DNA of 64,000 nucleotides from the NCBI GenBank assembly GCA_002633005.1, contig NMRA01000309.1:281333-345332 (forward strand). The letters are read 5' to 3'. This document shows, in pieces, positions 36,506 through 50,300 of the stretch (position 1 is the stretch's first letter; each line of letters opens with the position of its first letter). Position numbers and translations under genes: made by a program. The DNA is from Phoronis australis (Eukaryota; Animalia; Phoronida). The notes beneath the pieces were generated by a model. The model ran no database searches. It was given only the letters and a program-made list of their open reading frames with translations, and was not told the origin of the DNA.

Positions 36506-38216
36506 GTACCAGATCACTTGTAATTATTTTTTATTACAAGTGTGGCATAATCTTAACTAAGTCCATATTTTAAAACAAACAGCAAGTTATTCATATGGCT
36601 TGTAAAAATTTAAAATTAACAGCTAATAAAAAGTACACCTAAAGTTTAAACATGATTTAGAACAAGAGAGTAAGGAAAAGCTCCATTTCCTGGTCATATA
36701 AGGATTCTGTTTTTAGAGCTGAAATCAAAAATGTGAATACTTTGAGATTGAAGAATTTCAACAGATCATTTTTAAACATTCCTCATTTAGCCTGCTTCTA
36801 ATTTAAACGCTCACTGCTGAAACACCGACACAAAAACCTCTGTATTGTGCATTTAATTTACACAAAATCCTATATCGCTTTCTCTTCTAAGTACATCTGC
36901 CGACAGAATACATCTTGTGTTGTTCAACAAATACAAAGAACCAGCGATCTGAGCTCATAACTTTACACAAAACTTGACCCACAAATTGACCAATCACATC
37001 CTCCTAAATTTATAGATTGCCTTGAAAGAAGTTTACCGGTTGGACACGTGGTGGCGCCCTGCTACATGCCTCATTAATAACATTTCTACATGTGATAATG
37101 TTATAAAATCAAACAAAGCATCAATTTTAAAAATCCGTGTTTAACTTAATTTTTTCAGGTATACTATTATTTAGAACATTTTAATATGGAGAGTTAATGT
37201 TCTTAAATTTACATGTCTTGATTATATGAGAGATCAGTTACTGCTTTTGTGGCCATAGATTCTCCTTTTTGTTTGAAGCTGTCCTTTATTACCTCACATA
37301 AGACTTTTAAGATTTTCCCTCCGAGTTAGAGAATTATGGCAGTCCATAGTGGTTGTCAAGGGCAGTGACCTTTAATGTTGCTATGACCGCACGTGCAGCA
37401 CCACCATGACAGTTGCGATAAAAACGTAACCTAAGGGGTTTCAGAAACTTGAAATAGAATTGAAAGTGTTGCATCTGCCTGCAGCCACGAACTTCCCTCT
37501 CAGCAGGTAGATGGCAAATGAAACACTTACAAAATGTCCACAGAAACTCGGTAACTCATTTAACCATTAACATGTTTTTGTGAACTAGGTGTGATGTGCC
37601 ACCCCTCTCCAAAGTACAGTGGTCCATTTTTTTCAAAACTTCATAGGACCAAAATGATAAAACACAGTCGCATGCCTTAGTGAGGGCAGTGCATTTTATA
37701 AATCATGTCATTTTTCTGTTTCTCATAGATTAGGGTCACAATGTCATTGCATTGGCATTATGCATTAGAGACATATCTGCCTGGATCTCACATTTTTGTA
37801 TACTTAGTCATAGCTATAACTATTACAATCTATTCACTGGTGTGCGGTTTATCGAAAAGATTTATGGTATGAAGTTGGTTGTTACATAGAGTCTGAATGT
37901 AGTTTAAGGTCAAATTCCAATAATCAACAGCGATTTAGCACAGGGCTTAATGTACTGTATAATTGTGTATATGAGTGGGCCAGAGGTCTTTTAGACAACA
38001 GCAAAACAAACTCAAAATACAATAACACATTTTTCTAAGAAACACGCAATATACGCGAGACAAAGTACGCAACATTATTCCCTCATATCGCATAAATCAC
38101 TGGATGACACAGGATGAACCTTGAGCCTGAGACTTTTGACTTTAAAATGATGACGCGTGAACACGCCTTTGACAGGGAGCCATGACAACGGCTAAAGACA
38201 GGCCACACCGCTGTAG

Positions 38217-38387
38217 TCATTGGATGATGCAGTGTTTCTTGAACTCGCTCTCATAATCATCATCAATATCAGACAGATCAGGTTCCTTCCCGCTCACATC
38301 AGGGATGATTTTAGAGTAGTCCCAGTCATTACGCTCGTAAAACAAGATGTAGGCGGAGTCTGTGTCAATGTCTTCCTCTTTTACCTC
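38217..38387 (-). CDS. USP32: USP32 last coding exon: EVKEEDIDTDSAYILFYERN...EFKKHCIIQ*
   Basis: tttttgcag acceptor; SAYILFYE motif; CaaX then TGA. Confidence 0.94.
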   Translation of the reverse strand, partial: EVKEEDIDTDSAYILFYERNDWDYSKIIPDVSGKEPDLSDIDDDYESEFKKHCIIQ

Positions 38388-41300
38388 CTGCAAAAACATG
38401 CTACGAATGACTACACAATACTTAAATATCTTCAGGAATAGTAGTGTTCCACTTACCAAGCCCTTAACATGGTAAGCATTATCGGGAAACACCTGCAAAT
38501 TCAACTTCGATCAGCCTGTTTACTGCACACCTTCCCCGGTCACCACCAACGTTTTGTCTACGGGCGTTGCACATTATTAGAAAGGGGGGGGGGAGGCATG
38601 CCTTGCACAAACCCCACTTCCTACGCCTCTCATTATACCGTCACAAAACCAACAAACAATTCTCACAGAAATGATCAGCTGATAGCAAAAACAGTGACAC
38701 AAGGTTTAAATTGAATTTTTGACTCACTCAAGTTGACATGCATGCAAAAAAAAAATTTAATGCCAAATGCTGTACCACACGCATCATCTTTATCCTCTCA
38801 AAACACTTGCACAACATGTACAACTTCTCTGAGTATAACACGATTCAATCCACGTTAGAACCACTCTGTGTTCTCACGTCCGAGGTAGTGCAAGATTCTC
38901 ACTGCCTGCCAGTACTTTCTGCACGTCACCTTGTCAAATGCTGCAAGACACAACATGTCTTCCAACCTGGCTTGTCACCTTCAGAATCTAAACCAGTTCT
39001 TACCTTACAACTACTGTCATTGTAGCAGTACCACTTCTCATTAGGGTTCTTGCCATAAGACACATAGTGACCACCTCCCAGAATGCCGGTATGACACTAT
39101 GGACAAAAAGCAAAATGTCTGACAAAAAAGAAATAATGTGGTAGGCCAGGTTATAGGCAATGAACAATAAAAAGTTGTCAAATGCTAAACACTTTTCCGT
39201 GGTTAACACCATGGCCACCATGGTTACCGAAACAATTCAGGTTTGAGAAAACAACTTCGAAATACATATCATAGTAAAAACTTAATTGCTCCCTCGTTTT
39301 ATCACGTACTTGATCAATTTAGAATGCGCAATTGAATATTTGTTTCATTTCTCTTTTAGTTCACACAGGATAGGCTTGTTTCCAAACAAAAAATGTTTTT
39401 CACTTATTACCCATAAACATTTCCTCTACGGTTTCATTTACCAATGGTGCAATTTGGCCATGATGCGAGCCAAATTTCCAAAGTAGACTTACAATTGAAG
39501 TTTGAAATTAGACCATGCAACTAAATTTGTAAGCTGGACTTGCCTGGCCATACAACTCGTTTTGTGAATTAGACATGAAACTAAATTACTAAGCTACCTT
39601 GCAATCAATTTGCTGAGTTAAAAGTCTTGCAACTTTTGTAACCTGACTTTACAACCATTGAAAGGTGAGACACTCTATTCAAATTACGCAGCATTTAAAG
39701 GCACAGTCCTTTATGACTGTCACTTACAGACAAAGCATACAGGTCGTATGTAGTGTTTGAATAATCACAGCTGTCCACAGACACTGTTCGACTACGACGA
39801 GCAGCAAGAGAGTTCGACTTGCTACTAACAGCCACCTTCTTCCTAGCACTATCTTCCAGGAAAATGTCTTCTGGTCGACTGTCCTCTTTATCTAAAGTTT
39901 TGTTTTGACTTTCATCAAATGTGACCATCTTTGCTGATGATGACCTCGGCAGACCGTTAGCCATACCCTCCTCAACAGGGGTTGTGCCAGGACTGGCCAT
40001 TTCAGCATCCAACTCAATGTTTGATCTCCGCACTATTTCTTCAATGCGTTTTGATTTGGGCGTCCTTGGGGCCAGGTATTCTGCTGGGTCAAACTGACCA
40101 CGTGGAAATTTGACAATTTTCCTCGACTTGACCCACCGGCCATTCAGGAATTGGAATCTTTTCAGGTGTATAATCTAGAAGTATGTAACAACAGATGATA
40201 AACTACTACTGATGAAAAGTCAATCAGTGTGTCAACTAAGAGTGAACTTGCTTAAACCCCAAGATCCAGGTCATTTCATGCATCTGTTGAAAATGTATTT
40301 TGGTGAAAAACACGATCACTATAAATTGTAACATGTGATACATTTGACACACTTCTGTACAAGATGGTTACATTAATGCTAGTGCCTGCACAAGGAAATG
40401 AGAAAATGGCACAACAAAGAGAGTTCCTGACATTTTGCCAGCCACCCAACAGAACCTCTACACTTTGTAATATAGAGCTAGTGACACCTCCTGGCCACCC
40501 TGTAAACTATAGCAAGCTTACCAGTACAGGTGGCAGCCGCCAGATGTCTAGCTTTTTGGCAGCCAGACGGTGCTCTTTGCACTTGGAACAGTAATACAGT
40601 TCATCTTCTCCCAACTCTTCTTCAGTCGTGAATGCCTTCAGACAGTCAGTAAGATCAATCGGTTCACTCTGCAGACGACGGCTCTCGGTCACACTACTGT
40701 GATCTTCAAATGCCTGCTCAAACATGATAACACATAATGAATGGAGCTAATGATTTCTTTCATTTGTTTTCTTCAACCCCTTGCATACATGACGATATAT
40801 CCCAACAACTAAATAAATGCAAATAAAAAATCTAAATCATGCTAGCCTGATGAGGCATGATGAAATTACGCATCATACACTGAGCCTTCTTCTCATGATC
40901 TTGTAGTGTCAATGCACATTGTCAAGAGTGATCCCAATATTACACGATTAAAGTTTGCCATCACATTTATAAGTTGACAACAGTATTACAATTGAGACAA
41001 GAAGTTCCACAGCTTGTTCACAAACACCAGATAGCAGATGATAACAATACCTTGACAGTAAGTAAGGAAACTCTTTGACACATACGTATTTCAAATGCAT
41101 TTTGGGACTATGATTGGCTTGTAAGCATTTTGTGATATCACACCTAACTTGTAGACAACTAAACAATATGATACTTGTGTATCCCAGAATTAAAAATGCG
41201 GGTCCACTGCAACATCGTTTTTTTTTGCGAATACAGCAAAGCAACCATCATAAAAAATAAAAAGTTGGAAACTGAGCCCCAAAATGCATAGATACTATAC

Positions 41301-44300
41301 ATATATTCGCAAGTCTTTAGGCATGAAAGATTCTTAGGGTGCGCAGAAACCATCTCACACCCAAAATAAATTCACACATCACCAAGTTACCTCTGACGTC
41401 ACTGGATGTTTACCAGTCGACAACTGTCCCAAAATGCATTTGAAAAACAAGACCACGCAGAGAGTTAAAATGTGTCCACGACTGCACCGCAAACGGTGCA
41501 TTTCTACGAGTACGAAATGGCCATTAGATGGTGCAGAATAAGTACAACATGTCCAAAATAGGGAAGGGGTTGTCATCTCCTGAATAAAAAACTAATTTTG
41601 CTAAGTCTCAGTCACAGATTAGAGGCGCATATGAACAAAACAAATTGCCTTTAAGAGGTGAAGCGATAGTCTGACACCTCCATCTGTTGCTTAGTTAATA
41701 GGTGAAAACTTGCCAAACTTCAAAATGTTGCAATGAGGTTTCTGAGATAAAGCTGCATATTCAAAAAATGTCAATAGGGGGCACCACCATGACAGTAGTT
41801 GGACTCGTCTGAAAATCCATATCAGTTGCAATACATTAATTGGCAAGTTTTCATAATAATGATCCTCTGAGCGGTAATTTCATTAACAGACACCTATTAT
41901 GGTAAAAATCCTGAATTTTGGGAAGTCTCGAAAATTTGGGACACTGAAATTTAACTCAATTTCCATGATTTGGACATGGGTAATTTTGGCATTCATATTT
42001 CTTAAATATTGGACACTGTATATTGTATCAACAAAGTCTGAATCAGCGAAGAAAACTGCTACCAACATAAAATTGGTCTTTCACGTGATTCTTAAATTTG
42101 GGACAAACTATATTGCTTATTTCTACATTTTGGTAGGAGCTCTGACCATGACCAAAAATAATTAAATTTTGTATGTCCCAAACTGAAGAAATTTTATCAA
42201 AGTCACATTTCACAAAAATCCATCGATGACCTTGAAGATAAGTAGGCAAACCAAAATTGCCACTAAGGGACACAGTGGTTGTCGGATTGGCCTGAAACTC
42301 GTCGTCATCCATTATTAGCTTCATAGGAACACTGATTATCCAAAGTTCACAAAGATCCTGATAAGGGTTAAGGAGATACAACCATATATGCAAAAAACAA
42401 AACTACCGTCGAGGTGCCAAAGTATTTGAACCAATCCAAAAATGAATGCCACCCATGGTCTTCTTATCAGAAACACATCTCCTAATTTGTACAATGAATC
42501 TTCGAGCAGTTTGGTGAATAGAGAGACAGACGGCGAAAACGGACTCGAAATTTTTAAAAATACCCACTAGTTGGCATGCACTACATCAAATCTGTCAGAA
42601 AATGGGAAGGCATTGTAATCTTATTAGAAACCTATATGCCAAATTCCACAAAAGGAGCACTGAAGATTAAATTGCCATTAGGGAGCAAAGTGGGAGTCGG
42701 ATCAGTACAAAATTTCTGTTATCTGTTGCCATCTCTTAAGAATCCAGAAAGGGGTTTAGGAGATACAGCGGCATACAGCCAGGCAGAGATGACTGCAATA
42801 TGCACCCACATATAAAGCTGTAGCAACATAAGAACAGTAGCAACTTGGACAAACTCTCCGAATATGATCAGCACAGGGCAGATGAATGTGGCATAAGAGC
42901 TTTCATCATGTAATTAGCAATATTCCAACACCTTTGCTTGTGAACATGATATTTTGACATTGAGTAACATCTCAGAGCTCACCCTCTCCTGTGATGTCTG
43001 ATAGCGCAGGTGTAGTGCCGTGGGTTCCCAATCAATGGCCACGTAGCTGCTGTTTAAGTTGAACAATTGCATACTGCAGTCAAGCCGACAGCCACGACAG
43101 AATCGATACCACGGACAGTGAGCACAGGTGAAGCCGTCTTTCTGAACGACTTTCAATGTGAATGGATATTCATAGCCTAGGCTATCATCGCTGGAAACAG
43201 TACAGAATCTTAGGTGACCATGTCTTCATATGCTTGAGGCATGAGTAAAAACACAAAAGCATTAACGATTGCTAATCAAGAATGCAATCTTACAAGCCAT
43301 AAACATCTGCCAACCAATCCATAGAATGACATACTGCTTAGTGTATGGCTGGCACCATAATTGGTTTGTACATCATGCTTGATTACTACATTATTACACT
43401 TTTTACTAAATGTCCATGAACAGCGGTTATCTGTTCAGATTTGAAAATGCAGATTTATAGACTGTGCAGAAAACAATTAACACAAGATGTATTAAAGGAC
43501 ATCCAAAGATCTCTGAACAACATAGAATAAGCCTATCATAAGAAGGCAGGATGCCTTTTGCAGTAAAATACTCTGACATGATTCAGCCACACGACTCTGG
43601 GCCTTTTGCACAAATCAGCTGTTTATTACTCAGTCATGTAGACACTTCGGTACGGGGTCAGTCTTCCAACTTACCCTAGGCAGTAGATACAGGTCTCAAA
43701 AGGAGTGTAAAAGTATTCCATTTTATACTGGAAATTTGTGTCTACAGAAAACCAAACATTACATTCCAACTCTGTGCCTTCACAGCACACATGAAAGCTG
43801 ACGACTAGACCATCTGGCCAAAATAGGGAAGTGAGTATATCAAGAAACCCTAGACTCGAATCTTTACAATTTTCTCCAATTCAGTGACTATTCCAAACGA
43901 ATTTTCAAAATCTGATATTGTTAAGAGTTCCTCAGGGTCTGTTGTCCAGCCTCAACCATATTGATACATGGCAAGATGTCTATCCTGTGTTGAACTCGCC
44001 TTTAGCGGAGGTAGAAAAATACATTGCATGAATGACATACTTTAGAAGATGCCATGCACTCCGCAGTTGATTAACCAAGGGAGCCATTTGCCTTTTTGGC
44101 AATTTCATTGCAAATCAAAATGCAAGGTAATACAAGTTTGTACACAATACAATAACTTACATAACAGGTATTGTCTTACAAATTTGTAGGCAACGAAGTA
44201 CGAAAAGTGTTTGACACATGTGATGGGGGCAAATAAGAGTGGTCTAGGCTACTTCAGGATAGGCCTATAATCAACCATGCAGATGTGTTATAAGCTCTGT

Positions 44301-47300
44301 TCCACAAAAAAATCAGATCACTAACAAGCTTGTGATACCACTAGGGCGTTCTCCCTTTCAGTAACTTTACCAGACATAGAGCAGTTTTGAGCATGTGATA
44401 TCTATATAGCTCCATTGTTAACTGCAGAGCACAGTCTTTTGTCTGGTATGACAACATGCAGGCCTATTATCTACCAGGCATCAAAGGGTTACTGAAACCA
44501 ACCAGAACTACTTTCAACATCTAGTGGTGACAGAACAACAAGAATGAATAAATGATAGTAGCTGAACAAGTTTTCTCGGTTTGTCAATAACCATTTGATC
44601 AGCATTGCCATTGGGACTTGTTCCATGAAAGATTTAGTTTCAGCTGGAAATGGACTCAAGCAAGCATTATTACCTCCGAGAAGTCAAGGAGCTCTCAAGC
44701 TGGTTTGCTCAATAAACAAAAAAGCTGCTCCAACCACTCGTTTTGAAATGAGTTTCGCTGTGCGGCTTTTTAAGATCACTAATTCTGGATTTTACCGAAA
44801 AAAAGTAATACTGAGGAACAAATCCCAGCGGCCCGTTTCATTAAAAGCCGCACCTTGGGTCGTAGCTGGTCGTATGAGTAGGGCAGTCGAAGTCGTACAT
44901 TTTGTTTTTGGGTCGTTGATTTTTTCGTGCGGAATGTCCCAAGTTTAAAAAATTTTAATGCGCGTGAAAATTTAATTCGTAAAATAAAACTTACATGAAT
45001 AGATACTGAAACATTCAGTATCCCAATTCCAAAAGTTTGCACGGACTTCAACTGCATTTTCATACTTCACAGGACATTAGCTTTTGACATCGAGTACAAA
45101 ATTGACGCCGGCTACGCAAAATGAATGGCACCGGCAAGTGACCAAGTTTGCCGTCTTTGTGCACATAGGATAGGCCCTATCAAGGGGTGTGAAGGTTATT
45201 TTTACATGAAAATAGGGTCAAATTTTAGGAATCCAGACAAGGAATTTTAATTTTTTTGCTAAAGTCCTATTTTTATAAAAATTCTTCGTCCTGCTTTATG
45301 CCGCTCCAGCAACCTCGCTCATAGTGCTCGCGTGAATAGCTGCTTTTTGTGGCAAAGTTAACTACGAATTCGCAACACCTCTTCACATTTTGGAGAAATC
45401 AGTCAAACTGAGCATGAAAATTGCAGCATGTAAGAACCACCTGATCTTAGCTTTGTAGTCAATGTGATAATGATGGTACATAATGCACGGAACTAAGTAA
45501 AACCAACACACCATGCATAATATCTTTATTAACTGAAGTCAGAGATAATGCTAAAATCAACGCATTGTATCAAACTTAAAAGCTGTGTATGCATGAAAAC
45601 ATTATGAAAAGTATAGTGGTTGCACCTTTATGAAAAGTATAGTGGTTGCACCTTTATGAAAAGTATAGTGGTTGCACCTTTATGAAAAGTATAGTGGTTG
45701 CACCTTATTACCAACTGCTTAATATGTACACAGTCAAACTCACTGCATTGGTTAGTGTTCAGATAGAATAGATTGTCTTAACTTCAGTTGTAGTTGGGCG
45801 ATTTTGGCGAGTCAAAAACTAAACAAAATCAGAATTTGACCAGGAATTCAGAATTGTTATTGGTTTATATTCAAACGGTTTATAACTTTACAATCTGATC
45901 CGATTAAAGCAAATATCGACCAAAAGAGAGCTGATCCTCCAACTATAAATACCTGAATGGAGTTAATCTGTCGTGTAAAATACTGATTACGCCTGTCAAC
46001 CACCTAACTTGTTCATTTGTCATCCAATCGAACAAGATGGGGTCAATGGGAGAACGCCGTGATGTTTTGGTCTGTTGACCATCACCATTCTTTCACCTAT
46101 GTATCAACATAGTGCAAGGTACTGCGAAGTTTCTAATGTGAACCGCCTTCTATTTAGGAGTGGCTTGTTAGTGTTTGGGTTCCTCAACAATTGGTGTGAT
46201 GTTAAATCGTCGATCAATCTTGAAATCTGGAGTTAGACGGGACACTGGGTGTTCTGACATGGAAATTAGGAGTGCCAGGTACACTTACCAGTCTTGTGCG
46301 TGATTGGGCGAGTTTGCCTCAGACGGCGGTAGAGGGCTAACCAATCGTGAGACCTGTGTCCACACGCTTACGTAGAGATCTTGGTGGGTGGTCTCCTCGA
46401 AGCATGGCAAGACAAGCGGCGTGCCAAACAGACTGGGACGAGTCTTTTGGGATGACAGGAAGTACATATCCATACGCATCTGAAAGAGTTACATGACACT
46501 TAAATCCTGAATGTATGAACTAGTGACTCCATCTAGCGTCCACTCCACGAACCAGTCTGTTTTCAGCCATAATGCTTTTGGTATATAGACCAACGAGGAT
46601 TTCAAAGAAACGTTTTCAGCTACTGGTCCAAAATAACTGCTACTTCGTCACTCACAAAACCTAGAACTCAAATGTTTCTGATCTACTGATTGAAAAACTT
46701 GAAGAAATACCCTACATGACAGCAAGGTGTCTGATCAAAAGTTAGTTTTGTGACAAAAGTAATGGATGCATATATGTGAAATCCTTAATTTTCTGTAGCC
46801 AGTTGTCAAGAAACCTTAGAACATAAAAGGAGTGAGAAAGAAGAAATGATTTCTGGCCTTGAAATGAACAGTCAGTGTGGTAATGCTAGAGACTCAACAA
46901 GTTAGTAGCCTGATGCCTATTTGAGCTTGCAGACTTGGCTTAGAATTTTGAAATCATGGGTGTGTTCACACACAGTAGGCCATTTGAAATCAGCCTGCAA
47001 GGTCAGTGAAAGCAGTTCTTCATAAACCCTGCTCTAAGTCATACAACTATCTAAGTTGGTCTGTATAAGTAAACACAGTTTAACAAAGGGTTTATGGTCC
47101 TGGCTGTCAATATAATTGTTTCATTACCCTCTATGGGTTTTGAATACCCAGCCCAGAATGAGAGCTGAGCTATAACAAACTGAGGAACAGCTCTTCCCAT
47201 GACAAGAAATCAGAGAAAGGAACAAGTTTAAAGCAGTTTCACTAATATTTAGTGATCTAAACCACAGTTATATGTTTGACAAGAGGCAGGTTTAACTACA

Positions 47301-50300
47301 TATTAGATCCTCGGTAAGACAACTTGATAATTTCCATTAATACCTACATAGAGATACCAACAACACTTACAAGACTTTCATTCAAATGTAATGCTTGAAG
47401 ATGAAAAGGATGTATTATTCATCTTATGGTAATATATTTTCCTTAAATAATTCAATTATTAGTTTTGATGTAGATAAGCCTATGTAAATGTAAAAACTTA
47501 ATTATTCAATCTGCACAACTACAGGTGTGAACGAGTGCATAACAGTACTTTCTCTTTCCCTTTCTTCTACTCCTTTTAACATCATCTAATTAGTTTCCTC
47601 TAAAACATTGATATGTTTAATATCACATGTAGTGTATTGTTATTTACATTGCAAGGATATATAGCTGGAGAAATGCGTTCCTAGCGAAATCCAAGAATAT
47701 GATTTCTGAGTAAATCAATGTATGGAAATCCAAGAATATGATTTCTGAGTAAATCAATGTACTATGAACAATTTAAGACTGGTAGTTCCACAAACTGATT
47801 GATTTTAGCAAGAAAGCACAAACAGTAATGTTCCCAATTTGAAGGTGTACATTCGAAGTAATAACAAGAGCAATGCAAGGCGTTGATAATGCTAACTGTA
47901 TGTTTCTAAGGGTGCAGCTTTGTGCAGTGATTACAAGGAAACAACAATTTGAACACAAAGAATATCTGCAATATCAGCACCTTCTAAGACTAACATCAAA
48001 TCAAAAGTTTACCAGGTCTGGTTTGTAGTACCATACTTCATTTCTTGAAGAGTAAACATAGGGTTGTCATAACAGCCACCAGGGGGTGCTGCAGTGGTTA
48101 AATCTGGCATACACACTTGTGTCAAATTTCACCAACAACTGATCCACTAAGGATTCAAAATGTCATCTTTCTGTACCGTGGGATTAATTGGCCTCTATTA
48201 CAGAAATAAGAGTTTGGTGAGATTTTGAATGTGGTCAATGTGTAAGTTCAACATAATATGAAATCATAAAGTTGTTGAGTTATTAAAGCCTTCCTCAAAT
48301 AGACGTTTGTTATTCTTGGTGTATTGGACTATCCATATCATTGTAGCAATTCTTTAAAAACACACTAAAACAATTTAAACATCCAAATGCAAGCACGTCA
48401 AACGATACAGAACGGGAAAAAGCTTTTTCAAGCCATATTGCCAGACCGCAAGAAAACAGTAAATCAAAGAAAATTTTGATCCTCCACCACTACAAACAGT
48501 AGAAGTACCAGAATATAAAGGAACTGAACACCAATGTGTGTGTGTGTGGGTGATGTTCATAGCTGTTTAAATTCACTGAGGAGTCTCACAGTGACATAGA
48601 CAAAAGTCTAGTAATAAGCCTAAAACCTTTAATAAAATTCAACAATTTATGACTTCAGCGTGGTCAGAGTGAATACTTTCAACATATTGTAGGAACTAAA
48701 TTTACATTGTGATGCCATTTAAGGTGAGCTTCAGAGTTGTCAAGAATGGTTAGAAGGAAAAAGTAGGGTTAATACCAAGGCCTGTTAAAAGAAAATTGAC
48801 TTAGCTAAGACAAATCTTAAACTTCATCCAAACATATCATTTCGTTTTCAATTTCTGCAACTTTAATTTTATTCATGAAAGTCTTATCCTTGATAGCCTC
48901 TCATGATAAAGTGGAACATTTTAAAAACAATTTGTAATAATGTTTAAAACTACAGTGTATAAAACATAGTATCTGAAAGGTTTGTAAGAATCCAAGAAGC
49001 CGTTTCTGAGATGTGATGTTTTGAAGTTAGCCAGTTGACAGGGTCCTCCGTAACCTTAAACACCACAAAACAACAATATTCTGCACGACACTGCTGCAAA
49101 AAAGCAGGCAGGTTTCGCACCCTTCGACTCTGCAGGGAATCTAGCAAATTGCATACACTGTGTAATTGCTGCTCCTTGATGAAGACAATTTCATAAATTA
49201 GTAGCGTTTTCATATTTCATATTTCACAAGGAAGCACAACCACGTACAACAATTACCAGTAGTAATGAGCTTGACCAAAAGAGTTGCATTCAGAGCTAAG
49301 AACAATAAGTCGAGTAACAACACATTCTCTATCTTGTTATTGGCTATCTATAAAAATAAATAATACTGCATGTGAGAGCTCCCCAACTGCATAACTTAAC
49401 TGGTAAAAAGAGATGTGATGACAAACATTCTTTTCAAATTAAACAAAGTGCACTTTTAGCTGCAATTATTACTTAACTTGAAAAGTGATACCCTGATGAA
49501 TAACCTAACGTCTGAAACTGAGTTTCAATTACATGAAGTACTAAAATAGCCAATACCATTGAAATACAGGAGTTATTCTACAGTACAATAAAAAAGTAAC
49601 ATAAAATACCGTTTGCTCGTCATCACACCGAAGTCAGTTAACAGCGAAAAAGACTGGCAATAATTATTAGTGCAGCAAAATTCTAATGACAGATTACTGA
49701 CCTATTTTCATTTTTCAGGCACTTCTAAACGGTTTGAATATCCACAATTTCTCACTATCATTGTTTGATAGTAGCTATAATATCGCCTTATGTGGCATAT
49801 TTCATGAAAAAATGATGCAATACTTGAAAAGACCCATCGAGCCCAAAATGGTCAGTAGGAAGTGCTGCAATGGTTAAATCTGCCCTGACACTAGAAGTGT
49901 CAAGATTGAAAAGGGGTATGACCTGTTTTAATGATGCCCCACATCCGGGTTCCAAATTTCATCAAAATACAACCAGGAGTTTTTGACATCAAATACCTCT
50001 GCGTCCCATTTCATTGAAATTTTTCAATCAGCTTTTTATATATCCGAAAAAAACCAAAAATGTCCACTGGGAAATAATGCAGTGGTCAAATCCGCCTGGA
50101 AATAAAATGGTGCGCTATTCATGGACTTGGCTAAATTGTGCTGGATGGGATAACTGCGATAGTAAACCAACACACCTGTTCAGCGTACAAGTTTCAAAGT
50201 CAAAAACTGAACAATACTTCAGCCAAAAGACCAACATGACCGTCTTTAAAATACAAAAGTAAATATTAGCCATCTTTGATTTTTTTATTATAAGAGAAAT

